Shown here: one piece after another, positions 30,129 to 42,725 of the stretch
Numbering within the stretch: the stretch's first letter is position 1
How the letters are laid out: every line of letters starts with the position of its first letter
Assembly (NCBI GenBank): GCA_964573615.1
Contig: CAZNKD010000008.1
Coordinates: forward strand, 12,026 to 76,025
Reading direction: 5' to 3'
DNA: 64,000 nt
Source of the DNA: an uncultured Desulfobacterales bacterium
GTDB lineage: Bacteria > Desulfobacterota > Dissulfuribacteria > Dissulfuribacterales > QOAL01
Position numbers and translations under genes: made by a program
The notes under the pieces: model-generated
Told to the model about the DNA's origin: nothing
What the model saw: only the letters and a program-made list of their open reading frames with translations
The model's database searches: none

Positions 30129-32108
30129 ATGGATAAATTCATCTTTTTGATACCGCTCTTCCCCCTGATTGGGTTCATATTCAACGGTCTGCTGGGAAAG
30201 AAGCTCGGAAAGGGCGTAGTCTCCTTCGTGGGCTGCCTCACCGTAGGCTTCTCGTTCCTGACGGCCCTGTTCATATGGAAGGACCTGCTCGCCCTGCCGC
30301 CTGAGGAGCGCCTCTTTACCCAAGTGATCTGGGACTGGATCAGTGTGGGAGGAGTACATGTGCCCCTGGAGTTCATGATCGATCCGCTCTCCATGGTCAT
30401 GATCCTGGTGGTCACGGGGGTCGGCTTCCTCATCCACGTCTACTCCACGGGCTACATGTATCATGATGAGTCCTACTGGCGCTATTTCGCCTACCTCAAC
30501 ATGTTCGTCTTCTTCATGTCCATGCTGGTGCTGGGCGGCAACTACCTGGTCATGTTCGTGGGCTGGGAGGGCGTCGGTCTCGCTTCCTATCTGCTCATCG
30601 GCTTCTGGTACCAGGGAGACGAGAATGCCGATGCAGGAAAGAAGGCGTTCGTGGTGAACAGGATCGGTGACTTCGGCTTCGTCCTGGGCCTGTTCCTCAT
30701 GTTTCTCACCTTCGGTTCCCTGTCGTACCTGGAGGTCTTTCCAAAGGCCCTCGAGATGTATGAGAGCGGCGCACTCGCCCTGAACTCGGGGGTGATGGTG
30801 GCCATGTGCCTCCTGCTATTCGTGGGAGCCACTGGAAAATCGGCACAGATACCCCTCTATGTCTGGTTGCCGGACGCCATGGCTGGCCCCACCCCTGTTT
30901 CCGCCCTGATCCATGCCGCCACCATGGTGACCGCTGGTGTCTATATGGTGGCAAGGACCAATATCCTCTACACCTTGGCCCCAACGGCACTGCTGGTAGT
31001 GGGGATCATAGCGGCACTTACCGCATTTTTCGCCGCCACCATGGGTATCCTGCAGTATGACATCAAGAAGGTACTGGCCTACTCCACTGTGAGCCAGCTG
31101 GGCTACATGTTCATAGGTGTTGGGGTTACGGCATACTGGGCAGGCATCTTCCATCTCATGACCCATGCCTTCTTCAAGGCCTGTCTCTTTCTCTGCTCCG
31201 GCTCCGTAATCCATGCCATGAGCAACGATCAGGACATGAGGCACATGGGAGGGCTCGCCAAGAAGATGCCAATCACCTATGCCACCATGCTCATAGCAAC
31301 TATTGCCATCGCAGGAATTCCGCCCTTTGCGGGTTTCTTCAGCAAGGACGAGATACTCTGGAAGGCCTTCACCTTTCCTTACTATCCTGTGATGGGCAAG
31401 ATCATCTGGACCCTGGGCACCATTGGCGCAGGTGTCACGGCATTCTACATGTTCCGTCTCATCTTCATGACATTTCATGGGGAGTTCCGCGGCACAGAGG
31501 AGCAGGCGAAGCACCTGCATGAATCTCCGGTGAGCATGACCCTGCCACTGGTGATCTTGGCCTTCCTCTCCTTCACTGGCGGCTGGCTCGGAATTCCGCA
31601 TCTGATCGGGCATAAGCTCGGACATGTGCCCAACATCCTCGAGACCTGGCTGGAGCCTGTCTTCGAGCACTCGGCCAAGATCGTGGCCCATGTGGCGCCG
31701 ACCCCGCACTATCCAGAGCCGCTGGAGTGGAGCCTCATGGCCCTGTCTGTGGCAGTGGCGGTGATCGGTATCTGCACGGCCTACTACATCTATATGAAGA
31801 GGGGGGCAGACCTGCCAGAGAAGATGGCCAAGGAGTACGCCCCGCTCTATCAGCTCATCCACAACAAGTACTATGTGGACGAGGTATATGACTTCATGAT
31901 CGTAAAGCCCATCTACTACTTCTCCGTGGCACTCTGGAAGATAGTGGATGCATTCATCATCGACGGTATAGGTGTAAACGGCCCTGGCTGGCTCGTTAAG
32001 AGATGCTCTGCCGGTGTCCGTCTCATCCATAACGGTTACGTACAGACCTGCGGAGCATTCATGGTCCTGGGACTGGTGGCCATAGCGTGCTTCTATCTGT
32101 ACGGATAG
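30129..32108 (+). CDS. nuoL: Complex I-like antiporter subunit L
   Basis: GWEGVGLASYLLIGFW, GKSAQIPL, WLPDAMAGPTPVSALIHAATMV, HAFFKA. Confidence 0.96.
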   Translation: MDKFIFLIPLFPLIGFIFNGLLGKKLGKGVVSFVGCLTVGFSFLTALFIWKDLLALPPEERLFTQVIWDWISVGGVHVPLEFMIDPLSMVMILVVTGVGFLIHVYSTGYMYHDESYWRYFAYLNMFVFFMSMLVLGGNYLVMFVGWEGVGLASYLLIGFWYQGDENADAGKKAFVVNRIGDFGFVLGLFLMFLTFGSLSYLEVFPKALEMYESGALALNSGVMVAMCLLLFVGATGKSAQIPLYVWLPDAMAGPTPVSALIHAATMVTAGVYMVARTNILYTLAPTALLVVGIIAALTAFFAATMGILQYDIKKVLAYSTVSQLGYMFIGVGVTAYWAGIFHLMTHAFFKACLFLCSGSVIHAMSNDQDMRHMGGLAKKMPITYATMLIATIAIAGIPPFAGFFSKDEILWKAFTFPYYPVMGKIIWTLGTIGAGVTAFYMFRLIFMTFHGEFRGTEEQAKHLHESPVSMTLPLVILAFLSFTGGWLGIPHLIGHKLGHVPNILETWLEPVFEHSAKIVAHVAPTPHYPEPLEWSLMALSVAVAVIGICTAYYIYMKRGADLPEKMAKEYAPLYQLIHNKYYVDEVYDFMIVKPIYYFSVALWKIVDAFIIDGIGVNGPGWLVKRCSAGVRLIHNGYVQTCGAFMVLGLVAIACFYLYG

Positions 32109-32170
32109 GCTGTACGGGTAGGCGAGGGAGTAAGGTCTCAAATAAAACTATGAGGAGATAGGGGATTTCA

Positions 32171-33739
<1,569 letters not shown>

Positions 33740-33753
33740 AGAGGGTGAACACC

Positions 33754-35286
33754 ATGGGATATGCATTTGATCTTGGCCACTTATGGGAGGTCGCCGGAGG
33801 CCAGATAATCCTGGTCCTTGCAGGAATTTTCCTGATCCTGGTGGATATATGGCTGATGGAGAAGGAAGAGGAAAAGCGCAGCCGCATCCTGGGCTGGCTT
33901 ACTGTCATCATCTTCGGCCTTACCCTCATGCACATGGTGGACAGGCAGTGGGAGCTCCATGACATAGTCTTCATGGGGGTCTTCTCTGCGGACAAGTTCA
34001 GCATCTTCGTATCCATCGTTGCCCTGCTGTCAGGAATGCTGGCTTCCCTCATGAGTATGGGATACCTGAAGAACAATCAGGTGATGAAGGGCGAATACTA
34101 TATCCTTCTGATATTTGCCGTGGCCGGTACCATCTGTATGGTGCAGTCCGTTGACCTGCTCATGATGTTCATCGCCCTCGAGGTGATGTCTCTTGCCGTC
34201 TATGCCCTGGCCGCCTTTTTGAAGAACAACAAGTTCTCTCAGGAAGGGGCACTCAAATACTTCCTCCTCGGAAGCTTTGGCTCCGCCTTCTTCCTCTTTG
34301 GTGTCGCCCTGCTCTATGGGATCACCAGTTCCGTAAATCTGACCAAGATCGCCACTGCCATCTCCTACGGCCTTTATGACAACAAGATGGTGCTCCTTGC
34401 ACTCGCCATGCTCATGGCAGGGCTCTTCTTCAAGATGGCAATGGTGCCCTTTCACATGTGGACACCCGATGTCTATGAGGGTGCCCCCTCGGTGGTCACC
34501 GGCTTTATGGCAACAGCAGTGAAGGCCGGTGCCTTTGGTGCCTTCGTGAAGGTCCTATTCGTGGCCTTTACCCCGATCCTCAGCCACAGCGGCCAGCCCG
34601 ATTTCTACAGCACCGTGAATCTGGCGGCCCTGGCTGCATACTGGAAGCCGGTGCTCTGGTGGGTTGCCCTCCTCACCATGTTCTTTGGCAACCTGGTGGC
34701 CGTATCCCAGGAGAACGTAAAGAGGATGCTGGCCTACTCTTCCATTGCCCATGCCGGTTATATGGCCATGGGGATCATTGCTGCCAATGCCGAGGGGCGT
34801 ATGGGGGTGCTCTTCTATCTCTTCACCTACACCCTCATGAATATCGGGGCATTCGGTGTCATCTATCTCATTGATGGTCAGGAGCGAAATGCCCAGACAC
34901 TGGATGACTATCGAGGCATAGGATACAAGTATCCTTCACTTGCCTTTCTCATGGCCCTGTTTCTGGTGGCCATGGCAGGGCTTCCGCCAACAGCCGGTTT
35001 TATCGGAAAGTTCTATGTATTCTCTGCCGCCATCAAGGAGGGTTACTATACCCTGGCGGCCCTGGGCCTGCTCACAAGTGCCATAGGTGCCTACTACTAT
35101 CTCAGGGTCATCTACATGATGTATATGAAAGACGAGATCAGAGAGGTGGTCAGAGGGCCTGTTGCAGCACCGACAGTCTTGGCCCTGGTCATCACGGCCC
35201 TTGGTGTACTCTATTTAGGCATACTGCCCGAAGGTCTTGCCAGGGCAGCCCTTGCAGCCCAGCAGAGCCTGGCAATGATATTTTAG
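33754..35286 (+). CDS. nuoN: Complex I-like antiporter subunit N
   Basis: EGALKYFLLGS, KMAMVPFHMWTPDVYEGAP, KRMLAYSSIAH, GLPPTAGF; start may be GTG 33745. Confidence 0.95.
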   Translation: MGYAFDLGHLWEVAGGQIILVLAGIFLILVDIWLMEKEEEKRSRILGWLTVIIFGLTLMHMVDRQWELHDIVFMGVFSADKFSIFVSIVALLSGMLASLMSMGYLKNNQVMKGEYYILLIFAVAGTICMVQSVDLLMMFIALEVMSLAVYALAAFLKNNKFSQEGALKYFLLGSFGSAFFLFGVALLYGITSSVNLTKIATAISYGLYDNKMVLLALAMLMAGLFFKMAMVPFHMWTPDVYEGAPSVVTGFMATAVKAGAFGAFVKVLFVAFTPILSHSGQPDFYSTVNLAALAAYWKPVLWWVALLTMFFGNLVAVSQENVKRMLAYSSIAHAGYMAMGIIAANAEGRMGVLFYLFTYTLMNIGAFGVIYLIDGQERNAQTLDDYRGIGYKYPSLAFLMALFLVAMAGLPPTAGFIGKFYVFSAAIKEGYYTLAALGLLTSAIGAYYYLRVIYMMYMKDEIREVVRGPVAAPTVLALVITALGVLYLGILPEGLARAALAAQQSLAMIF

Positions 35287-35317
35287 AAGATAGTTTTTCA
35301 AGGCAATCCGGAGGCAG

Positions 35318-35387
35318 CCGCTGCCTCTGCTCCACTGATCTGTTTTGGGGAGGTCTGGATCGACTGAGCAGAGTCAGCGGTTTTTTT
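35318..35387 (+). terminator. Long-stem intrinsic terminator after nuoN
   Basis: CCGCTG/CAGCGG plus CTCTGCTC/GAGCAGAG stems followed by T7. Confidence 0.65.
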
Positions 35388-35518
35388 GTGTTCTCCTGTC
35401 CGGATTCCTCCGTGTGGCAAGCCTCGTAACCACCCGTCGGCAAAGAGGGTGACATGCCAACTCCTTGTGGCTACCTTTTGGGGATAGATCGACAAAAGAT
35501 AGCCGACAAGGACCAGAA

Positions 35519-37714
35519 ATGGAATTCATCGAGATAAAAGGGGCCAGGCAGCACAACCTGAAGGGGATCGACATAAAGATTCCCCTGATGGCCATCACCC
35601 TTGTCATAGGCCCATCCGGCTCTGGAAAGTCCTCTGTGGCTGCCCATGTGCTCTATCCGGAAGGGCGTCTTCGCTATCTCGAGGCCCTTGAGCTCCCCGG
35701 GCTTCATGCCGGCATAAACCTGAAGAGGCCGGATGTGGAGGAGATCCACCGGATCCCGCCCGCACTCCTTTTGGAGCAGCTTCCTGCGCCAAGCTCAAGC
35801 CACTCTACACTGGCCACGGTCATCGGTCTGAGTCAGGCAATAAAAGAACTGCTCCGTCTGGCAGGAAGGCCGGTCTGCCCGAAATGCGGTACGGAAATAG
35901 AGGTCTTTGAACCGAGACAGCTCGTGACACACCTGCTGGAAGAGCTTGAGGGTATGCCCGTCTCTGTCCTGGCCCCTGTGGATCTGCATGAACATTCGAT
36001 AGAGGAGCTCCTGTCCCGTGGATTTGTGAGGGCAAGGGACGAAGAGGGGACCTTCTACCTGGATGAGCTGGATAGCGACAAGGCAAAGGAGATGGGGCAA
36101 AGAGGGGGGCTCGATATAGTCGTTGACAGATTGAGGGTGGAGAAGAAAGGGGCCAATAGGCTGCTTGAATCCATCAGGGCTGCATCCGAATTGTCTGGCG
36201 GCACCGTGTTGATAGAGGGGCGTGAAGGCCCTTGCCGCCGTTTCAATCTGGACTGGTCCTGCAGCCAGTGCGGTTTACATGTGGATCCGGGCAGGGTTGC
36301 ATTCAGGCTGCTCGATATGGATATGGGGGGCTGGCTCGATCTGGATGCAAGAGGGCTCCTCGATGCCTTGAAGAGAGCCGTCTCGGCAGACATGAGGGCC
36401 TCCGCCCTGACCGGAAAGGCCTTCCAGGCACAGGTGGCCAAGATCGAAGCGGCTGCAGAGATGCTTGTGGAGCTCGGCATCGAAAACATTGCCCTATCGA
36501 GACCAGCCACGGAGCTCTCTGCAGGAGAGCTCCACAGGGCGCGGCTCCTGAGGCTCTATAGAAAGGATATGGCAGGATTGCTATATATCCTGGATGAGCC
36601 ATTGTCACGCTATATGCCAGGAGAGAGGCAGGCCATCTGGCGCTTCATAATGGGCCTCAAGGCCATGGGAAATACGGTGGTCATCGTAGAGCACGACATG
36701 AGCCTGGCCTCGGAGCAGCTCCATCAGGCTGACTGGATCGTAGAGCTTGGGCCAGGGGCTGGAGAGCAGGGAGGCAGACTCATATATCAGGGCCCCTCCT
36801 GCCAGTGGCCGGGAATGGAAGGGGGCCCGGGCCCTGTCCCCGACAGGATCGGTACCGGGCGCGGAGGCGAATTGAAGGCCAGTGTGCATGTCGGCCATCC
36901 GGCAGGGGGGAGGCGTGAGCTTGACCTTCCCGAATCAGGCCTCCTCGTGGTGAGGGGGCCTTCCGGTTCGGGCAAGAGCCGCCTCTTGAGTGCGCTCTAT
37001 CGGTTTTTTGGCGTTGAGACAGAAGGGAGGGCCTTTCGTGCCTACTGGATACCCAGGGTCCTGAAGGAGCGCTCCCCTTATTCCATCGTTGCCAGCTCTG
37101 CAGGGATATGGGCCGACATCAGGAGGCTCTTTTCCAGGGTGCCGGAGGCACGAAGCAGGGGGCTGACCCCGTCATATTTCAGCCTTACCAAGAAGGGCGG
37201 GCGCTGTGAACAGTGCAGGGGCCTTGGGCTCTTGAGGCAGAAGGGTGTGGGTTTTCAGCTCTTTGAAGAGATCTGCCCGGTTTGTGGAGGACGCCGCTAT
37301 TGCCAGGATCTCCTCTCTGTGGAGTTCAAGGGCTATTCTATCGCCGATATCTTAGGGCTGCAGGTGGATCAGGCCCTCAAGGTCTTTTCACGGGTGAGCA
37401 GGATCCAGGAGGTGCTGCATCAAATGGCCCGGTTTGGCCTTGGCTATCTCCGGTTGGGCCAGCCGGTTATGAGCCTGTCTGGAGGGGAAAGGCAGAGGCT
37501 AAGGCTGATTCAGCTCCGGAGTCGCGGCACAGGCTACGGCAAGAGGGCCATATTCTTCTTGGATGAGCCCTCTGTCGGGCTTTCTTACAGTGACATGCTC
37601 CTTGTATATGATCTGTTCTCCTGGCTCTCCGATCAGGGCAATCTGATAGTTGTTGCAGACAATTCCGAGTTCCTCAAAGAGGCTGCGACCTCTGTGATCG
37701 AAACCCCTTTGTAA
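35519..37714 (+). CDS. Short, divergent UvrA-like ABC ATPase
   Basis: IKGARQHNLK, two GPSGSGKS Walker A, LDEP twice, LSGGERQRL, CEQC...CPVC zinc finger; 731 aa. Confidence 0.82.
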   Translation: MEFIEIKGARQHNLKGIDIKIPLMAITLVIGPSGSGKSSVAAHVLYPEGRLRYLEALELPGLHAGINLKRPDVEEIHRIPPALLLEQLPAPSSSHSTLATVIGLSQAIKELLRLAGRPVCPKCGTEIEVFEPRQLVTHLLEELEGMPVSVLAPVDLHEHSIEELLSRGFVRARDEEGTFYLDELDSDKAKEMGQRGGLDIVVDRLRVEKKGANRLLESIRAASELSGGTVLIEGREGPCRRFNLDWSCSQCGLHVDPGRVAFRLLDMDMGGWLDLDARGLLDALKRAVSADMRASALTGKAFQAQVAKIEAAAEMLVELGIENIALSRPATELSAGELHRARLLRLYRKDMAGLLYILDEPLSRYMPGERQAIWRFIMGLKAMGNTVVIVEHDMSLASEQLHQADWIVELGPGAGEQGGRLIYQGPSCQWPGMEGGPGPVPDRIGTGRGGELKASVHVGHPAGGRRELDLPESGLLVVRGPSGSGKSRLLSALYRFFGVETEGRAFRAYWIPRVLKERSPYSIVASSAGIWADIRRLFSRVPEARSRGLTPSYFSLTKKGGRCEQCRGLGLLRQKGVGFQLFEEICPVCGGRRYCQDLLSVEFKGYSIADILGLQVDQALKVFSRVSRIQEVLHQMARFGLGYLRLGQPVMSLSGGERQRLRLIQLRSRGTGYGKRAIFFLDEPSVGLSYSDMLLVYDLFSWLSDQGNLIVVADNSEFLKEAATSVIETPL

Positions 37715-37748
37715 GTGATCGAGGCCGAGGCCTATGTGAGAAAAGGTC

Positions 37749-38186
37749 CTAGTGATCCTGCTCCTGGCCTCCCCCATCATTGGGTTCAGGTTCGCCCGAA
37801 TCCCTTTTCTTTACGAGCTTCATCTGGATGACCAGGAGGAGGAATGTGATGGGTACCACCGAGATCCCGACGAATATCCCCACGAGACTGAACTTCCCCG
37901 GAAATTTCAGGACGAATGTCCCGATTATCACAATGGCCAGGAGGAGCCGGGTGAACATGCCTATGAAGTAGACCACCTGGGAGCGCCATTTCACTATGCG
38001 CTTGGTATCGCGCAGTGCTCCTATGGCGTTCAGCCCGGCCACTATGCCGCCAAGGGCTATGCCTCGGACCCCTTCGGGACTCCACCACAGGTTGGCACCG
38101 GCCAGCAGAGCAGCAAGGATCAGCCAGATGGCTATCAAGAAGCGCTTTGCAAGGCCTTCATCCAGCTCGCCTATCCAGATCAACAT
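37749..38186 (-). CDS. atpI: ATP synthase protein I (4-TM)
   Basis: 4 hydrophobic helices, ends in the typical 'GIFVGISVV' segment, lies next to other F0 genes. Confidence 0.7.
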   Translation of the reverse strand: MLIWIGELDEGLAKRFLIAIWLILAALLAGANLWWSPEGVRGIALGGIVAGLNAIGALRDTKRIVKWRSQVVYFIGMFTRLLLAIVIIGTFVLKFPGKFSLVGIFVGISVVPITFLLLVIQMKLVKKRDSGEPEPNDGGGQEQDH

Positions 38187-38216
38187 GGCCTCAACCCGTC
38201 CAAATCCCTCAAGATC

Positions 38217-38576
38217 TTAATCCTCGTCCCAGTCGTCTTCGGCCTCTGGTGGCAGTTTCCTCCATTGGCGCTGCTCTTCTGCCCTCTTTTCTGCCCGTTC
38301 CATGCTCTTTTCCTTCTCTTCCCTGCTCCACTCCTCTGTCTTCCGCTTCAGCCGCTTACTCAATATGAGCAGATTTCTGATTCCGCCAGCAAGTCCAAAG
38401 AGAAAGAAGATTATGGTGAGCCATGGGTGTGTCTTGCCCTCAAAGACGTCGGTATCCAGCCAGTAACCGAACCATACCCCCGCAAATGTGGAAAATACCA
38501 TGGCCGCCCCCATGGTAGAGGCATGGGCCAGGATCCGCATTATCTCATGAAGATACTTTTTTGTCTCGGGTCTCAC
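38217..38576 (-). CDS. AtpZ/AtpI-family 2-TM protein
   Basis: GVWFGYWLD...TxPWLTIIFFLFGLAGG pattern. Confidence 0.8.
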   Translation of the reverse strand: MRPETKKYLHEIMRILAHASTMGAAMVFSTFAGVWFGYWLDTDVFEGKTHPWLTIIFFLFGLAGGIRNLLILSKRLKRKTEEWSREEKEKSMERAEKRAEEQRQWRKLPPEAEDDWDED

Positions 38577-38664
38577 GCTCTTTTCAGCTCTGGTCGGGTC
38601 ATGGAATCAAGGAATCCATTATGGATACTTTGGCCGAATCTCTTGGCAGGACAGGATACCAAAT

Positions 38665-38695
38665 AAAAAAAGCGGTGAAAATCGCTTTCACCGCT
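38665..38695 (-). terminator. Intrinsic terminator after atpE
   Basis: AGCGGTGAAA-ATCGC-TTTCACCGCT perfect 10-bp stem with a U-run on the minus strand. Confidence 0.85.
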
Positions 38696-38764
38696 CTCTT
38701 TTCAATTCCCCTGAAAAGGGGCTGATTATGCCTGTTTTTTCAGTCTCTTGCTCTTCCCCTTTAA

Positions 38765-39863
<1,099 letters not shown>

Positions 39864-40068
39864 GGTTACAGGGCCTCCTTGAAAATTACATATAGAGGTT
39901 CATCGCGATGATCAAAAAGGAGTGGTATAAAATTTCTCCCCTAAAATCCTCCCCTTTTTGAGGGCCTCCCAACTTATCGAAAAGATTGAATGAATTACCA
40001 TTCAGCATTTAGGTTAAAAAAATTTTCCTGTCAAATCAAGTTATTGTGCTGAATAGTCCCTCATTTCA

Positions 40069-40116
40069 CCTTCAAAATATAGGGAGACGTCAACTGAAAC
40101 GCTCCCTACTTGAAGG
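40069..40116 (-). terminator. Possible terminator hairpin after hemL
   Basis: TAGGGAG/CTCCCTA stem nested in CCTTCAA/TTGAAGG; weak U-tract. Confidence 0.45.
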
Positions 40117-40159
40117 TAAGTTATTATCACAAGCCCATTGGGGTGTCAATAGCAAATGG

Positions 40160-41458
40160 CTACTTCCGGGCCAGTAAATTGAATACTGATTCAGCGGCAT
40201 CCACCGTCTCGGATATGTCGAACCAGTCGTGTGCCAGGGATACGAAGGCGGCCTCGAACTGTGACGGTGCCAGCCAGATGCCATTTTCAACCATATTTCT
40301 GAAAAAGGCCCCGTACATCTCGGTATCGGAGGCCAGGGCTTCCTGGAAGTTGGTCACCGGCTCGGATCTGCCAAAAAAGCATGTCATCATGGAGCGGACA
40401 CGTTGCAGGGTGCAGGTGATGCCGTGCTGGGAAGCGGCCTCTTTCAGGCCAGCCTCAAGGTCTTCGGCCTTCTCGTCCATCGCCTCGTAGATCCCGGGGC
40501 GGCTCAGGACCTCCAGTGTGGCAAGGCCAGCTGCCGTGGCCAGCGGATTGCCCGACAGGGTGCCCGCCTGATAGACAGGGCCTTCGGGGGCGATCTGGTC
40601 CATGATCTCCGCCCTGCCTCCATAGGCCCCTACGGGCAGGCCCCCTCCGATGATCTTTCCAAGGCATGTGAGATCCGGCATTATCCCGAAGTATTCCTGG
40701 GCCCCGCCAAGGGCCAGCCGGAAGCCTGTGATCACCTCGTCGAAGATGAGGACGATCCCGTTTTTCTCGGTGAGATCCCTCACCATTTCGAGGAAGCCGG
40801 GCTTTGGCGGCACAACCCCCATGTTGGCGGGCACGGGTTCAAGGATCACGGCTGCCAGATCCTCCTTGGAGGCCTCTATGGCCTCTTTGAAGGCCTCTTC
40901 GTCGTTGAAGGGGATGGATATGGTGTTGGCAACGATCTCCTCTGGAACGCCAGGGCTACCGGGAATGCCCAGGGTGGCCACACCAGAGCCTGCCTTCACC
41001 AGGAATGAATCGGCATGTCCGTGATAGCAGCCGTCGAACTTCATGATCTTCTTTTTGCCAGTATAGCCCCTGGCAAGACGGATGGCGCTCATGGTGGCCT
41101 CTGTGCCCGAGTTGACAAGGCGTACCTTTTCTATCGAGGGCACACACTCCACTATCTTCTCGGCCAGGGCCACCTCACGCCATGTGGGTGCCCCAAAGCT
41201 TGTGCCGCCATCGAGTGCCTCGGCAACTGCTGCGGTCACGTGTGGGTGGTTGTGGCCCAGGATCATGGGCCCCCAGGAACAGACGTAGTCGATATAGGCA
41301 TTTCCGTCCACATCGTATATGACGCAGCCATCGGCCCTGTCCACGAAGACAGGGTCGCACCCGACAGACTTGCAGGCGCGCACCGGACTGTTCACGCCAC
41401 CAGGGATGAGCTCCTTGGCCTTTTTGAAATATGCTGTTGAAAGGATCTGGTTGTCCAT
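40160..41458 (-). CDS. hemL: Glutamate-1-semialdehyde 2,1-aminomutase
   Basis: [54 protein letters not shown]. Confidence 0.97.
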   Translation of the reverse strand: MDNQILSTAYFKKAKELIPGGVNSPVRACKSVGCDPVFVDRADGCVIYDVDGNAYIDYVCSWGPMILGHNHPHVTAAVAEALDGGTSFGAPTWREVALAEKIVECVPSIEKVRLVNSGTEATMSAIRLARGYTGKKKIMKFDGCYHGHADSFLVKAGSGVATLGIPGSPGVPEEIVANTISIPFNDEEAFKEAIEASKEDLAAVILEPVPANMGVVPPKPGFLEMVRDLTEKNGIVLIFDEVITGFRLALGGAQEYFGIMPDLTCLGKIIGGGLPVGAYGGRAEIMDQIAPEGPVYQAGTLSGNPLATAAGLATLEVLSRPGIYEAMDEKAEDLEAGLKEAASQHGITCTLQRVRSMMTCFFGRSEPVTNFQEALASDTEMYGAFFRNMVENGIWLAPSQFEAAFVSLAHDWFDISETVDAAESVFNLLARK

Positions 41459-41558
41459 ATCTCCTCCTGCTCCATTGTGAGTAGTGTTGTAGAACGGCCC
41501 TTCTGTGTCCCTGTCCAGACGATTTGAACCATCAGGGCGTTGAAGGTAATCTTAATTT

Positions 41559-42698
41559 GTGAAATGGCATAAGTCACGTCCTGCTATCATCTATTTGAGC
41601 GCCACCTTTCTGGTGGTGATGTTGCCCCTTTTGGGGCCTGTCCTATCCGGGCGGGATCTGTCCCTATACCTGCAGTTTCCTCCCCGCACCATCTATGTGG
41701 AGCATGCCCCTTTTTCGTGGCCGGTCTTTATCTGTCTTGCACTGCTTGAGGCATGTATCTATGCGGCCTTTTTCTCCCTGTTTTTCAGATGCCGCAGCCA
41801 TATCTCGTTGCTGCGGCCCCAAATGCCTCTGCCCTGGTGGGCCAGGCTATCTGCCCTTGGCCTTGTGATCTCCTGGCTGTTGGCCTGGAGCCGTTTTCCG
41901 CTATTTGCCCCCCTGCAACCCTTTACCTTCATACCGATCTGGTTCTGTTATATCCTTTTGATAAACGGTATCGTCTACGCCATTAAGGGCAGGTGTCTGT
42001 TTACCAGGGATCCCAAGGGTTTTGGCCTGCTCTTTCCCCTCAGTACCATATTTTGGTGGTATTTCGAATACCTGAACAGGTTTGTGCAGAACTGGTACTA
42101 TCTCGGTGTCCAGGAGTTTTCCGGGGTCACCTATGCGGTGGCAGCATCCATCTCCTTTTCAACCGTTCTTCCGGCTGTGATCTCCACCCAGGAGCTGATC
42201 TGCTCCGTTCCGGGGCTGACACGCTGTCTGTCGGAAGGCCCCCCTATACATGTGCCAGCCCTTCCTGCCATGGCTGCAGTCTATGGCCTCCTGTCCCTGT
42301 CGGCCTTGGGGCTGTCGCTGATCTGCATCTTTCCCGATCAGCTATTTTGGCTCCTCTGGGTAAGCCCTCTGCTGATTTTCACTGCCCTGGATCTGCTCTC
42401 CGGCAGGGATGAGATCTTCTCCCCACTTTTGCGTGGTGACTGGTCCCTGGTGGCCACAGCAGCCCTTGCCGCCCTCATCTGTGGATTTTTCTGGGAGCTC
42501 TGGAACTGGAAGAGCCAAGCCAAGTGGATCTATCTCATCCCTTATGTAGGCAGGTTCAAGCTGTTTGAGATGCCCCTTGTCGGCTATGCAGGCTATCTGC
42601 CATTTGGCCTTGAGTGCTGGCTGATAGCCAGGGTGGTGCTGGCACACTCGGGGCCAGGCAGTCGTCCTGAGGCAGGCAGGGTCGAAAAGAGATGCTGA
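41559..42698 (+). CDS. Hypothetical multi-pass membrane protein
   Basis: About 9-10 TM segments, Trp-rich (FWWYFEYLN, FWELWNW, EMPLVGYAGY); start uncertain. Confidence 0.75.
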   Translation: MKWHKSRPAIIYLSATFLVVMLPLLGPVLSGRDLSLYLQFPPRTIYVEHAPFSWPVFICLALLEACIYAAFFSLFFRCRSHISLLRPQMPLPWWARLSALGLVISWLLAWSRFPLFAPLQPFTFIPIWFCYILLINGIVYAIKGRCLFTRDPKGFGLLFPLSTIFWWYFEYLNRFVQNWYYLGVQEFSGVTYAVAASISFSTVLPAVISTQELICSVPGLTRCLSEGPPIHVPALPAMAAVYGLLSLSALGLSLICIFPDQLFWLLWVSPLLIFTALDLLSGRDEIFSPLLRGDWSLVATAALAALICGFFWELWNWKSQAKWIYLIPYVGRFKLFEMPLVGYAGYLPFGLECWLIARVVLAHSGPGSRPEAGRVEKRC

Positions 42699-42725
42699 AA
42701 AAAGAGGGGGAAGATGCCCCTGGGC

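Noticed and set aside
35411-35455. GGCAAA-containing hairpin as a c-di-GMP-I riboswitch
   Set aside because: Only fragments of the consensus; the two-stem architecture could not be built
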